A stretch of 34,822 nucleotides of DNA from the NCBI RefSeq assembly GCF_004010195.1, contig NC_057719.1, forward strand, positions 12,163,507-12,198,328, in the 5' to 3' direction. Below are positions 10,640 through 21,019 of this stretch, one piece after another. Within the stretch, counting starts at the first letter, position 1, and each line of letters begins with the position of its first letter. The notes beneath the pieces are model-generated. The model ran no database searches, was not told where the DNA came from, and was given only the letters and a program-made list of their open reading frames with translations. The position numbers and the translations under genes were made by a program. This DNA is from Chiloscyllium plagiosum (taxonomy: Eukaryota).

Positions 10640-11800
10640 TGGTCAATGTTTTTTTATTCCCTGCTGGGAGGTGGTCATCACTGGCTGGCCAGTACTTATT
10701 GCAAATCCACAGCTGCCCTTGAGGTGGTGGTAAGCTGCCTTCTTGAACCTTCTTGTAGTTCATGTGCTGTAGGTTGACCCACAATGTCCTTACAGAGAGA
10801 ATTCTAGGATTTTGACCCAGCAACAAGGAAGGAATGCTGATATATTTCCAAGTTAGGATGGCGAGTGGCTTGGAGTGGAACTTGCAGGTCGTGGTGTTCT
10901 CACGTATCTGTTACCCTTGTCCTTCCAGATAGAAGAGTTTGTGGGTTTGGAAGATGACATCTGGGGATCTTTGGTGAATTTCTGCAGTGCATCTTGTTGA
11001 CAGTACATACTGCTGATACTGAGTATCAGTGGTGGAGGAAGTGGATGCTTATGGGTGTACAGTATTACTAATCAAGCATGCTGTTTTGTCCTGGATGGTT
11101 GAGTATTGCTGGAGGTGCACCCATCCAGGCAAGTGGGGACTATTCCATCACACTCCTGACTTGTGCCTTGTAAGTGGTGGACAGGCTTTGGGGAGTCAGG
11201 AGGACAGTTACTCGCCATTGTCTTCCTAGCTTTTGGACCTGCTCTTGTGGCCACTGTCCTTATGTGGTGAAGCCAGTTGAGTTACTAGTCAATAGTCACC
11301 CTAGGATGTTGATTGTAGGGGATTCACTGATGGTAACACCATTGAATGTCAAGGGGCAGTGGTTAGATTGTCTCTTATTGAAGATAGTCATTGTCTGGCA
11401 TTTGTGTGGGGTGAATGTTATTTGCCACTTAACAGGCCTGAATATTGTACAAATCTTGTTGCATTTGCACATGGACTGCTTCAGTATCTGAGAAGTCACA
11501 AATGGTGTTGAACACTGTTAGCCATCGGTTAACATCCCTACTTCTGACCTTAGGATGGAGGAAACGTAATTGGTGAGGCAGATGAAGATGGTTGGGTCTT
11601 GGATACTATCCTTAGGAACTCCTGCAGAGACGTTCTGGAGATGGCTGACCTCCAACAATTACAACCATCTTTTGACATGACAGGTATGACTCCAACCAGT
11701 GGATACCCACTGATTACAGTTTTGTTAGGGCTCCTTGATGCCATATTCGGTCAAATATGGCCTTTTGTCCAGATCTACCACTCTCACCTCTCAATGTGGG
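10640..11800 (-). mobile_element. Non-LTR retrotransposon RT C-terminal fragment (clade not assigned); related 3' pieces at about 4500-4790 and 7700-8130
   Basis: ORF 11296..11499 (KWQITFTPHKCQTMTIFNKRQSNHCPLTFNGVTISESPTINILG) is an RT-thumb-like motif. The string ggattttgacccagca.ca..gaaggaa...tgatatatttccaagt recurs at about 4630 and 10808. Confidence 0.72.
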
Positions 11801-12134
11801 GTGGGAAAAACTGCTAAAGCATATCTTGTTTCAGGGTATGGAACAGTTAAAAGATGAATGGTGCATCACTGCACAGTTGCCAAGGTGGTTAGCAGTTCAA
11901 AACTCAGCAATTTAGGAGCCTAAATGGGGAAGCGGGGTGGTCTTCAGAGAGTAATTTTCCAGTATCCTTTCTTCTGCTAACAATCCTGAGTCCTCCTCCC
12001 CACTATCTAAGGAGATTAGACATCTGTGGAGCAGGCACTTTGTTAACAGTGGGATATGCATATACACAATGCTCTAGCAACCACAACTGTAAGGGAAAGA
12101 CAGGCTTGACGGACCACCTGGCCTTTTTTATTAG

Positions 12135-12455
12135 TTTAGATTTCCTACAGTATGGAAACAGGCCCTTCGGCCCAACAAGTCCACACCAACCCTCCGAAGA
12201 GCAACCCACCCAGATCTATTCTTCTACATTTACTCCTGACTAATGTACCTAACACTATGGGCAATTTAGCATGGCCAATTCACCTAACCTGCTCATCTTT
12301 GGATTGTGGGAGGAAACCGGAGCACCCGGAGGAAACACACGCAAACATGGGGAGAATGCGCAAACTCCACAAAGACAGTCACCCGAGGTGGGAATTGAAC
12401 CCGGGTCTCTGGCGCTGTGAGGCAGCAGTGCTAACCACTGAGCCACCGTGCCACC
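12135..12455 (-). mobile_element. HE1-like (V-SINE) tRNA-derived SINE
   Basis: Minus-strand head GGCACGGTGGCTCAGTGGTTAGCACTGCTGCCTCACAGCGCC (A box), B box GGTTCAATTCC, V-domain GTGTGGAGTTTGC..ATTCTCCCC, LINE-like tail. Confidence 0.9.
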
Positions 12456-12526
12456 CTAGTGCAGTAATTTTGTGTGCTCATCTGCAGTGCAGCAAACTCA
12501 GTGAATGCCCAAATGGTGGTTACTAC

Positions 12527-12673
12527 CTTTAAAGAAGCTGCTTAGGGAATACGTAGAGGCAGGCTTGGATATAGTCGGCTGTGCTGCATCAGAAAAAGAC
12601 CTTGTAGGAGTGGAGTCTCGGATGTCACCTGCTCGAATTCCTGTTGTGCTTTCTTTGATTGACCAGGAGATAC
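12527..12673 (-). CDS. VIPAS39: VIPAS39 third coding exon (147 nt), (S)ISWSIKESTTGIRAGDIRDSTPTRSFSDAAQPTISKPASTYSLSSFFK(G)
   Basis: Within ORF 12498..12683; tttgtcctcag| acceptor and G|gtagta donor; phase 1 to 1. ISWSI and KPxSTYSLSSFF match VIPAS39. Confidence 0.93.
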
Positions 12674-12863
12674 CTGAGGACAAAGAAATATATAATTCAG
12701 AAGTGCATCAGGTACTGGTATAGGGGTGCTAAGATCGCCTTCACCTTGGTTGCATATGAGACACTTTAAATGCATTGTCGCCAATTTCCAATGCAACATT
12801 CTGATCATTTCCTAGTGCAATCAGGATTTGAATCCCTTCACATTTGGAATTTTTCTCTGCCTT

Positions 12864-13179
12864 TTAGATTAGATTAGATTACTTACAGTGTGGAAACAGG
12901 CCCTTCGGCCCAACAAGTCCACACCGACCCGCCGAAGCGCAACCCACCCATACCCCTACCTTTACCCCTTTAACCTAACACTACGGGCAGTTTAGCATGG
13001 CCAATTCACCTGACCCGCACATCATTGGACTGTGGGAGGAAACCGGAGCACCCGGAGGAAACCCACGCAGACACGGGGAGAATGTGCAAACTCCACACAG
13101 TCAGTCGCCTGAGTCGGGAATTGAACCCGGGTCTACAGGCGCTGTGAGGCAGCAGTGCTAACCACTGGGCCACCGTGCC
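12864..13179 (-). mobile_element. Young HE1-like SINE with (AATCT)n tail
   Basis: Same head and boxes with most CpGs retained; ttagattagattagatt at 12864-12880. Confidence 0.92.
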
Positions 13180-13289
13180 TTCTATATTGGTAACAGTAAT
13201 TTCACACTTGTAAAATGTGAGAACATATTGAAGTCTTGAAAGGCAATGCCTAAAAAGTTGTTTTCTTGATACATTCTTGACATGGGGAT

Positions 13290-13565
13290 TTGAAAGGCAG
13301 GGCAAAGGGTGAATGGGGATGATGTGGGAGAAAGAGGTCAGGGGAACGAGAAAGGATGAATGCGAGGGAGGGGAGACTGTTCGAGTCGGGGGAGAGGAAG
13401 AGTAATCAGGTTGGGGAAAGGAAGCAAATGGTGGGCAGTTGAGAGCATGGGGATGCGTGGGGAGAGAATAAAGAGCACAGGGGAGGGAGCACAGAGGGAT
13501 TAGAGAAAAACTGAGAGGGAGAAAAAGTGACAGAGCAGGGGAGAAGAGAGAGTGGGGAAGCCACA
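13290..13565. repeat. GA-rich low-complexity tract (second tract at 15510-15780)
   Basis: Strong purine bias on the plus strand without a fixed period. Confidence 0.7.
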
Positions 13566-13569
13566 GATG

Positions 13570-15420
13570 TCGAGAGCACAAAAAAAGACCCTTCATCCCA
13601 TCAAGTTTGCACTGATCAAAAAACAAATACCTAACTGTTTTAATCCCATTTTCCATCCCGAGGACCACACCGTTGTATGACTTAGCACTGTAAGTGCACA
13701 TTTGAGAAGTATTTAGTGGTTTCTGCCCCACTACTCTTACAGGCAAGTTCCAGATGCCCATCAGCCTTGGTGAAAGAAAGTTTCTTCACACCTTTAAACC
13801 TTCTTTACCTTAAATCTATGCCATCTGGTCAGTGAACCTTCCATTAAGGGGAAAAATTCCTTCCTGTTTACCCAATCTATGCCCATAATAACTTTATACA
13901 TCTCAATCATGTCCCTTCTCAGTCTCCTTTGCTCCAAGGAAAACAACCTCAGTCTGTCCAATCTCCAAACTTACATTCTATCTAATACTTTATTGCCCAC
14001 TCACTTAATCTGCCAACAATATATCTCTTTGCAGCTTCTTTATATCCTTCTCACAACAAGCATCCCTAACAAACCTTGCATTGTCAATAGAATTAAATGC
14101 AACATTGTCTCAAATGTAGCCATCTGAAAACTAGACATTTTTATCAGGTGCCATAAAGGTTGATTCTTATTAAATGAGCAAAATAACTGACCTTGTGCAG
14201 CTCGATACTGCACTGGCACTGACTAGTTATCAACTTTGTATCCCCATCTTTTCCCACTGCAGGGTGATCCCTGACCTCTCTAAACCGGCTCTGTCTGACT
14301 CAAAATTTGTAGAGATCAGCGTGCAGTTTGTCCCAAAGTTTCTGGTTTTTAATTTATTTATCCAAGTCATTGAATGTAAATAGCTCAGGCCCCAGTACTT
14401 GTTGGTACCCACCAGTTTGAAAGTGCCCTGCTTAAGTTTTACTTTCTGCTTCCTGTCTGAGCTAAAATATTATCCCTCACTCCATATTTTACTATATTAA
14501 CTGGTCATATGGCACCTTATGAAATGTCTGTCACAAAAGCAAGTGTGCTCAGTTTCAAGTACTACCTGCTCCAGAGGTATTTTATTAACATCGTTCTGAA
14601 CAGACTGATTAGAAAATGAAAATAAATACCCCATCTACTGATTTGTTTTCATGTACTCGTCATAAAATTCTGAAAATTTGGCAAACACATTTACTCTTTC
14701 CACATAATGCACATCATTAAGAACTCTTTAAAATAAGTTTCAACATTTCCCTGATGACTGAAAGCAGGCATGCTTGTTTACACTTTCCCTATATTTTAAA
14801 GTATCATAGAGAACTACAGCACTGAGCAAAGCCCTTCAGCCCACTGTGTCTATGCTAGTCAAAACCTGTCTAATCTAATTTGCCAGCACTTTCCCTATAG
14901 CCTTCTATGCCTTGACATCACAAGTGCGTATCTAAATATTTCTTAAACATTTGAGGGTTTCTTCCTCGACCACCCCTTACAGACAGTGAGCTCCAGATTC
15001 CCACACTCTCTAGGTGAAAAAAAATTTTCCTCCCACCTCTTTGAGACCTTCTGCTCCTTACCTCAAATCTATGCCCCTGGTTACTGACCCTTCCATCAAG
15101 GGGAAACATTCCTTCCTGTCAACCTTGTCTATGCCGCTGATAATTTTATATATCTCAATAATGTCCCTTCTCAGTTTTTAAACAATCCCAGTCTGTCTAA
15201 CCTCTCCTCATAACTGAAAATCGCTAGTCCAGGCAGCATCCTAGTAAATCTCCACTGCACTCTCTGCAGTGCTATCACATCCCTCCTATAATGTGGATTC
15301 CAGAATTGCAAATAATATCAAAGTCCAAGCAGACTATATCAAAAACATTGCCGTCATCTACACACCTGGTCACGTCTTTAAAAAATTCAATCAAGTTGAT
15401 CTGACATGACATCCCTTCAT
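13570..15420 (-). mobile_element. Several degraded antisense CR1 fragments
   Basis: acct.aaatctatgcc...ccat.aaggggaaa...ttccttcctgt occurs at about 13810 and 15060; ORF 14918..15109 resembles the CR1 tail. Confidence 0.7.
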
Positions 15421-15828
15421 TGTGTTGAATAACAATTTTAACTTCCAATTCATTGCAACAGGTCTAAAATCTAAAGAATTTTGGAAAATGTATTTATGGC
15501 TACACCAAAGTAAGAGGAGGGATTAGAGTTGAGGAAGGTGAGATGAGAGTTGTGGGGTGAGAAGAGAGTTGGGAGGGAGAGACAAGTGAGTTTGGAGGAA
15601 CAGACAAGAGAGTGGGGAAGAGTTGAGAGAGAGTTGGGGGTGAGAGGGATGGGGGGAAGAGATGAGTGTGGGGGTACAATTGTGAGGGAGAAGGTGAGAG
15701 AGTTGGTGTGTGACAGAGACAGTGAACAAGAGTCGGGGAGGAAGTACGAATATGGACAGTTAGTGGCAGAATGAGAGGAAAAAAAGGTTTTGGGTTGTAG
15801 TGAAGTGAGTGAAACCCCCAATACTTAC

Positions 15829-15928
15829 TTCCCACAGGCTCCCCACTCCAGCTAACCTTCTCCACATCATCATCATCATCATCCACGATACCAGCAAGAC
15901 TGTTAACTGCTCGCTTGGACTCTTTCAA
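15829..15928 (-). CDS. VIPAS39: VIPAS39 second coding exon (100 nt), [33 protein letters not shown](S)
   Basis: Start of ORF 15500..15928; tttag| acceptor and |gtaagt donor; phase 0 to 1. Near-identical to recalled human [35 protein letters not shown]. Confidence 0.96.
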
Positions 15929-16039
15929 CTAAAGTGACAATACAAAATGCAAGCTGTCATACAAGATTAACAAGCTCTTTATGAGTTGGTGAGTCAGATT
16001 GTGCGAGACCGGATATATTCAAATGTCACGTGGTCACTG

Positions 16040-16213
16040 AATGCTGGTTTCCGATGCAGCGGTGTGCTGCTGCCTCATCTCCTGAATAGGGAGCGGACTT
16101 AACAGAAAACTCCAAGCCCCAGAGGAAAGGCATGAATCAATTAACCGAATAATGAATTATCTGAATGAAATAGTGCCCGCCCATCTCATTCAGATAATCG
16201 AGGTCCCTCTGTA
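16040..16213. mobile_element. One end of a Tc1/mariner (pogo/Tigger-like) non-autonomous DNA transposon
   Basis: Ends ...gataatcgaggtccctctgTA (reverse complement TA|CAGAGGGACCTCGATTATC), a Tigger-style terminus with TA. Subterminal 13-bp inverted repeat at 16156-16168/16186-16198. Left boundary and opposite terminal repeat not found. Confidence 0.6.
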
Positions 16214-16214
16214 T

Positions 16215-17920
16215 AGATAAGTGCAAAGCTGTCCTTTGGAAGGGAAAACAAAAGAACTGAATATTATTTAAATGGAGAGAAATTGCAGAAAGCTACAAAT
16301 AAAGGGTGTTGGGTATGCATGTGCTTAAACACAGAAAGCTAGAACGCAGGAATGTTGTTGCACAAGGATAGGGAAGCCTTACTACAACTCGACAAGGTGC
16401 TGTCAGAACACATCAAGAGTACTGTGAGCAGTTTTGGTCCCCTTATTTAAGAAAAAATATCTTTTCATTGGAGGTAGTTCAGTGAAGATTCACCTTGATG
16501 ATCCCCAGTATGGAGGAATTTCTTACGAGATTAGACTCGACAGAGTGGAACTCTACTCTTTGGAGATTAACAGAATGAGAGGTGATTTCACTGAAGCGAA
16601 TTATATGATAAATTGAAAAGCCCTGGGGAAAATTAATGGACAGAGAGATCTGGGTGTTCAGGTCCATTGTACCCTGAAGGTGGCAACATGGGTCAATAGA
16701 TTGATCATGAAGGCATGCGGCATGCTTTCGTTCATCAGACTGGGTATTGAATACTAGAGTTGGCAGGTGTGGTGTAAAATTCCAAGCAGTGGAATGTGGT
16801 GAAACGGTTAAAAATTATGTCCCAATACATGTGTGAATCTAACCGGAATGGAGGTGTTGCTTAGTCCCGTGTGAATCTTATTACACACCTCCCCGTGTGA
16901 ATCTTCTTATCTGTATGTAACCAGAATGGAATGTGTTTTTTAGCCTTGCTCTGCTGTTCACATGAATGTTTATATCTGGAAAAGAGTATATCAGCTGGAA
17001 AAGTCTCCAGTTCGGTGAGTCTGCTCCGGGGTTACGTTTAACCGCCGAGCGTGGGTTGTTGGCAACCGCTCTACGAGAACTGACGGCTCCCAGTTCCGGT
17101 AACATGTAGAGTGAGTATAAGCCAGACCCGTTGTGGCGACGCTGCGGGGAATAAAATGCCCATATTCTAGCAGACTCGCCTCTTGGTCGTTTGTTCTGTG
17201 TCAGACTACTCTCCTACGAACCTGACCTTGAGAATTTTTTAAAACAGCAGGTCATGTTACAGTTGAAAAGGACTTTGGTTTGGCCACAGTTGGAATACCG
17301 CACACAGTTCTGTTCGCCACATTACCAAAGGGATGTGGATGCTTTGGAGAGGGTGCAGAGGAGGTTCATCAGGATGTTGCATGGAACGGAGGGTGTGAGC
17401 TATGAGGAGCCATGGAGTAGATTAGGATTATTTTCATTAGAAAGACAGAGGCTGAGGGGGTACCTGATTGAGGGCTACAAAATCATGAAAGATATAGACA
17501 GGGTGGATAGCAAGAAACTTTTTCCCAGAGTGGGGGACTCAATTACTAAGGATCACGAGTTGAAGGGGAGAGAGGACAAGTTTAAGGGAGATATGTGGAA
17601 AGTTCTTTACACAGAGGGTGGCTGGTACCTGGAACGCATTGCCAGCGAAGGTGATAGAAGCAGGCATGATAGCATTTAAGATGTATCTGGACAGATCCAT
17701 GAATGTGCAGGGAGCAGAGGGATACAAATCCTTAGAAAATAAGTGACAGGTTTAGATAGAGGATCTGGATTGGCATAAGCTTGGAGTGGCTTGTTCCTGT
17801 GCTGTAATTTTCTTTGTTCTTCTTTGAACCATACAGGATTCTGAAGGGGTTTGACAGGGTAAATGCTGGGAGAATGTTTCCCCTTATGGGAGTATCTAGA
17901 ACCATAGGACATTGTCTCAA
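16215..17920 (+). mobile_element. Stacked CR1 fragments, one interrupted by a solo LTR
   Basis: ORF 17191..17679 (VMLQLKRTLVWPQLEY...[12 protein letters not shown]...); the CR1 sequence is continuous across the LTR insertion. Confidence 0.88.
16768..17246 (+). mobile_element. Solo LTR (479 bp) with 5-bp TSD
   Basis: TGTGGTGTAAAATT...AATTTTTTAAAACA termini; GCAGG at 16763-16767 and 17247-17251; TATAA at 17116-17120; AATAAA at 17150-17155; CpG-rich. Confidence 0.9.
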
Positions 17921-18137
17921 GATAATTGTGGGATCCTGCTACACAAAGGTTGGTATTCTAGTTGTCTACAAGAGATTACTTCAATGGTTGCAAGGAGTTT
18001 GGAATGTCCTGAGGACATGAGAAGATATGACAAGAATCACGCCTCCACCAACAAAAAGAGGATTGTAAGCAAAGAGTACCTTCAAAGCAACTTACAAAAA
18101 CTTAATTTGTAAATTTAAATGCACGCAAGGTACTCAC

Positions 18138-18227
18138 CTCTGTAAATTCATCATCGTCGTCAAATACAAAAGCTTTGCATTTAGTACTGTTCCAATAATC
18201 TTCTTCATCATTTTTAATTCTGGTCAT
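18138..18227 (-). CDS. VIPAS39: VIPAS39 first coding exon (90 nt), [30 protein letters not shown]
   Basis: Minus strand reads ...atttgcag|ATG ACC AGA...ACA GAG|gtgagt. The peptide matches my recollection of the human VIPAS39 N-terminus ([28 protein letters not shown]). The ATG is the first base after the acceptor. Confidence 0.95.
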
Positions 18228-18574
18228 CTGCAAATACGATAGAAAAACTGAAAAAGTTGTATTTACAACTTATATTTGCATAGTGCATGTAATGAAACCA
18301 CCCAAGGTAGTTCACAGAAGCATTATGAAATAAAGTAGGACACTTGACATATAAGGAGATAATAGATCAGCTGACTAAAAGCCTTGTCAAAGAGCTAGCT
18401 TTTTCAAATTATATTAAAGCAAGAAAGCAAGAGAGATGGCCACATTTCAGGAAAGGATTTCAGAGCCTGGGATGTAGGCAACTGCAGATCCAGCCACAAA
18501 TGGTGGATATTTTAGAACTGTGAATGCAAAAGGAGCTTAAATTAGATGCATGCAGATGTTTCAGAGGGCTGTGG

Positions 18575-18720
18575 GAATCTCAGAATCCCTGCAGTGTGGA
18601 AGCAGGCCATTTGGCCCATTGAGTGTACACCAATCTTCGGAAGAGCAGCATCCCACCCTAACCCATCGAACCTAGATACATGGTGCTGTGAGGCAACAGT
18701 GCTAACCACTGTGCTGCCCG
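18575..18720 (-). mobile_element. Internally deleted HE1-like SINE within an old L2-like fragment (about 18280-18800)
   Basis: Tail agaatccctgcagtgtggaagcaggcc is joined almost directly to head gctgtgaggcaacagtgctaaccactgtgctgcc. Confidence 0.7.
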
Positions 18721-19074
18721 AAATGGAGGAGATTGCAGGAGATAGTAAGGGTTGGGCCATACAGGGATTTGAAAACAAAGATGAAAATAAATCACAATGT
18801 TTATGCAATACAGGAATGGTCCCCAAGTTTAACTGATATTGAGGTTTCTGCTGTTCTTTGCAAAGTCTCTTGCCTGAGTTCACTGGTGACTTTTTGGGGA
18901 TGCACTAACCAGCCTAGTACACATTGTAAGCAAGGCAGCAGTGGAAACACAACAAAGAACAATGTCATTGACCATGACATCGCCTGCCTGCCACCACTTC
19001 TGGCAGACCAGAATTCACAACTGCAGAATGAACACTTCTGCCAGAAAAGGGCACCTGACACGTTCTCCCTCGAG

Positions 19075-19640
19075 AAAAGATCTGCAAGAATGTTGCCAGG
19101 GTTGGAGGGTTTGCGCTATAGGGGGAGGCTGAATAGGCTGGGGCTTTTTTCCCTGGAGCGTCAGAGGCTGAGGGGTGACCTTATAGAGGTTTATAAAATC
19201 ATGAGGGGCATGGATAGGTTAAATAGACAAAGTCTTTTCCCTGGGGTGAGGGAGTCCAGAACTGGAGGGCATAGGTTTAGGGTGAGAGGGGAAAGATTTA
19301 AAAGAGACCTAAAGGACAACTTTTTCCTAAAAAGGGTGGTGTATGTATGGAATGAGCTGCCAGAGGATGTGGTAGAATTACAACATTTAAAAGGCACATG
19401 AATAGGGATATGAATAGGAAGGGCTTAGAGGGATATGAGCCCAGTGCTGGCAAATGGGACTAGATTAATTTAGGATATTTGATCAGCATGGATGAGTTGG
19501 ACCAAAGAGTCTGTTTCTGTGCTGTATAGGAAAGGTTTAGAGGAATATGGGCCAAGTGCTGGCAAATGGGACTAGATTAATTTAGGATATCTGATCAGCA
19601 TGGACGAGTTGGACCATTTGTTTCTGTGCTGTAAATCTCT
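19075..19640 (+). mobile_element. CR1 (HER1-like) 3' end with duplicated 3' UTR
   Basis: ORF 18733..19401 C-terminal part ([38 protein letters not shown]); 19414-19525 is repeated at 19526-19632. Confidence 0.9.
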
Positions 19641-20099
19641 ACAACAATAACTTGGGACACGACATCAGTAGGCAAGTTGCAGGACTGCAGTCCAATGTTG
19701 GGGATGGGGGGAGTTAGTTTCTAGGGGAAGAAAGCTGAAAATCGGTTGGATAGTAACTGGTACTTTTTGAATGAGGGAGAGGAAGTAAACTGGGACCTGA
19801 TTTCATGCAAAATACACAACGTCAGCAGAGAACACTTGCTCACATAAAACAATGCCAGTTGAATATTGGAAGATGACCCTCTGGAGGGCCTTAGCTGCCT
19901 ACGGTGTTCCTGGTGGTCAACAGCAAATTTCAGGACACACTGACAGCTGGTCACTCAGGCTCACACACTTGGTGGAGGTCTGGGGCTAACAGCTCAAACA
20001 GAGAACCCACTTTCTGTTTTACACCACCAGGTACACATGTTTTGTTTGTTCACTTACACCAGTGCTGACCTAAGGTAAACGAATGCACTAACCCCCCTC

Positions 20100-20340
20100 A
20101 CTCACCCCTGAACTCACTCACTTCCCGGCATCAGCCCCTCAGGAACTGGCAGTATCTTCGACAGCTATGCGCATGCACCGAAGCTCGAGGGGCGCCGGGA
20201 ACTGTAGTTTCCAACTGGATCCGTGGACTACAACCCCCTTCAGCCCTTGCGAGGACATGGGTTTCCGGCGCAGTGAGGACTCGGTCGCCACTATCCAGGA
20301 ACGAGAAGAAAGTGAAAGGTCGCATTTAAACCGCAACAAC
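20100..20340. promoter_or_regulatory. VIPAS39: CpG-rich housekeeping promoter and probable non-coding first exon of VIPAS39
   Basis: CpG-dense patch that I do not recognise as a repeat, about 1.9 kb upstream of the ATG exon. NRF1-like TGCGCATGCA at 20168-20177; ZNF143/THAP11-type ACTACAGTTCCC on minus at 20197-20208; second GGACTACAACCCCC on plus at 20225-20238; ETS core CCGGAA on minus at 20263-20268. Minus-strand GTGAGT donors start at 20121, 20117 and 20105. Confidence 0.8.
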
Positions 20341-20659
20341 GAAACCTGGATTTTGTTTTTCTTTCTCTCTCTTTATTATTGTTTTTCCATGACAGGATCA
20401 TTGCCAGAATTTCACTTCAGGGATATATTGTGTTGTTGTACAATAGGTGCGTCGATGAATTGATCCCGTGTAGCATCGGTGACTTTTACCTAAAGGCCGC
20501 TTGTGCTCCTGATCGGACACATCTTTCCAACTAAACTACGGATTTTCAAGTTTTTTTTATTTCGCGTCTCTACAGTTTTTTTAAAAATAACGTGTCTGTT
20601 TTCGATTTTTCCTTCACCGACCCAACCCTCATACTGCAGAAACACATAAGTTGTAATAA

Positions 20660-21015
20660 TAACCTAAGAACTAGGAGCAGGAGAAGGCTATCTGGTCCAT
20701 CGAGCCTGCTCCACCACTCAATAAAATCATGGCTGGTCTTTTCATGACCTCAGCTTCACTTACCCACCCTCTCACCATAACACTTAATTCCTTTACTGTT
20801 CAAAGACAAATCTATCTTAGCTTTAAAAACATTTACTGAAGTAGCATCAACTGGGCAGGGAATTCCACAGATTCACAATCCTCTGGGTGAAGAAGTTCCT
20901 TCTCAATTCAGTCCTAACTGTGCCCCCCTTATTTTGAGGCAATGTTCTCTTGTCCTAGTTCCAACTGCTAGTGGAAACATCCTCTCTATGTCTATCTTAT
21001 CAACTTCCTTCATAG
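20660..21015 (-). mobile_element. CR1 3' fragment
   Basis: taagaactaggagcaggagaaggctatctggtccatcgagcctgctccacc is the reverse complement of a CR1 3' UTR. Confidence 0.75.
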
Positions 21016-21019
21016 TTTT

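Noticed and set aside
13100..13179. tRNA-like sequence with A and B boxes
   Set aside because: It is the head of a SINE repeated about five times in the window, not a tRNA gene.
13006..13761. 251-aa ORF
   Set aside because: Read-through of a CR1 fragment, a low-complexity tract and a SINE.
20167..20463. 98-aa plus-strand ORF over the promoter
   Set aside because: No recognisable homology; the hydrophobic stretch comes from a T-rich tract.
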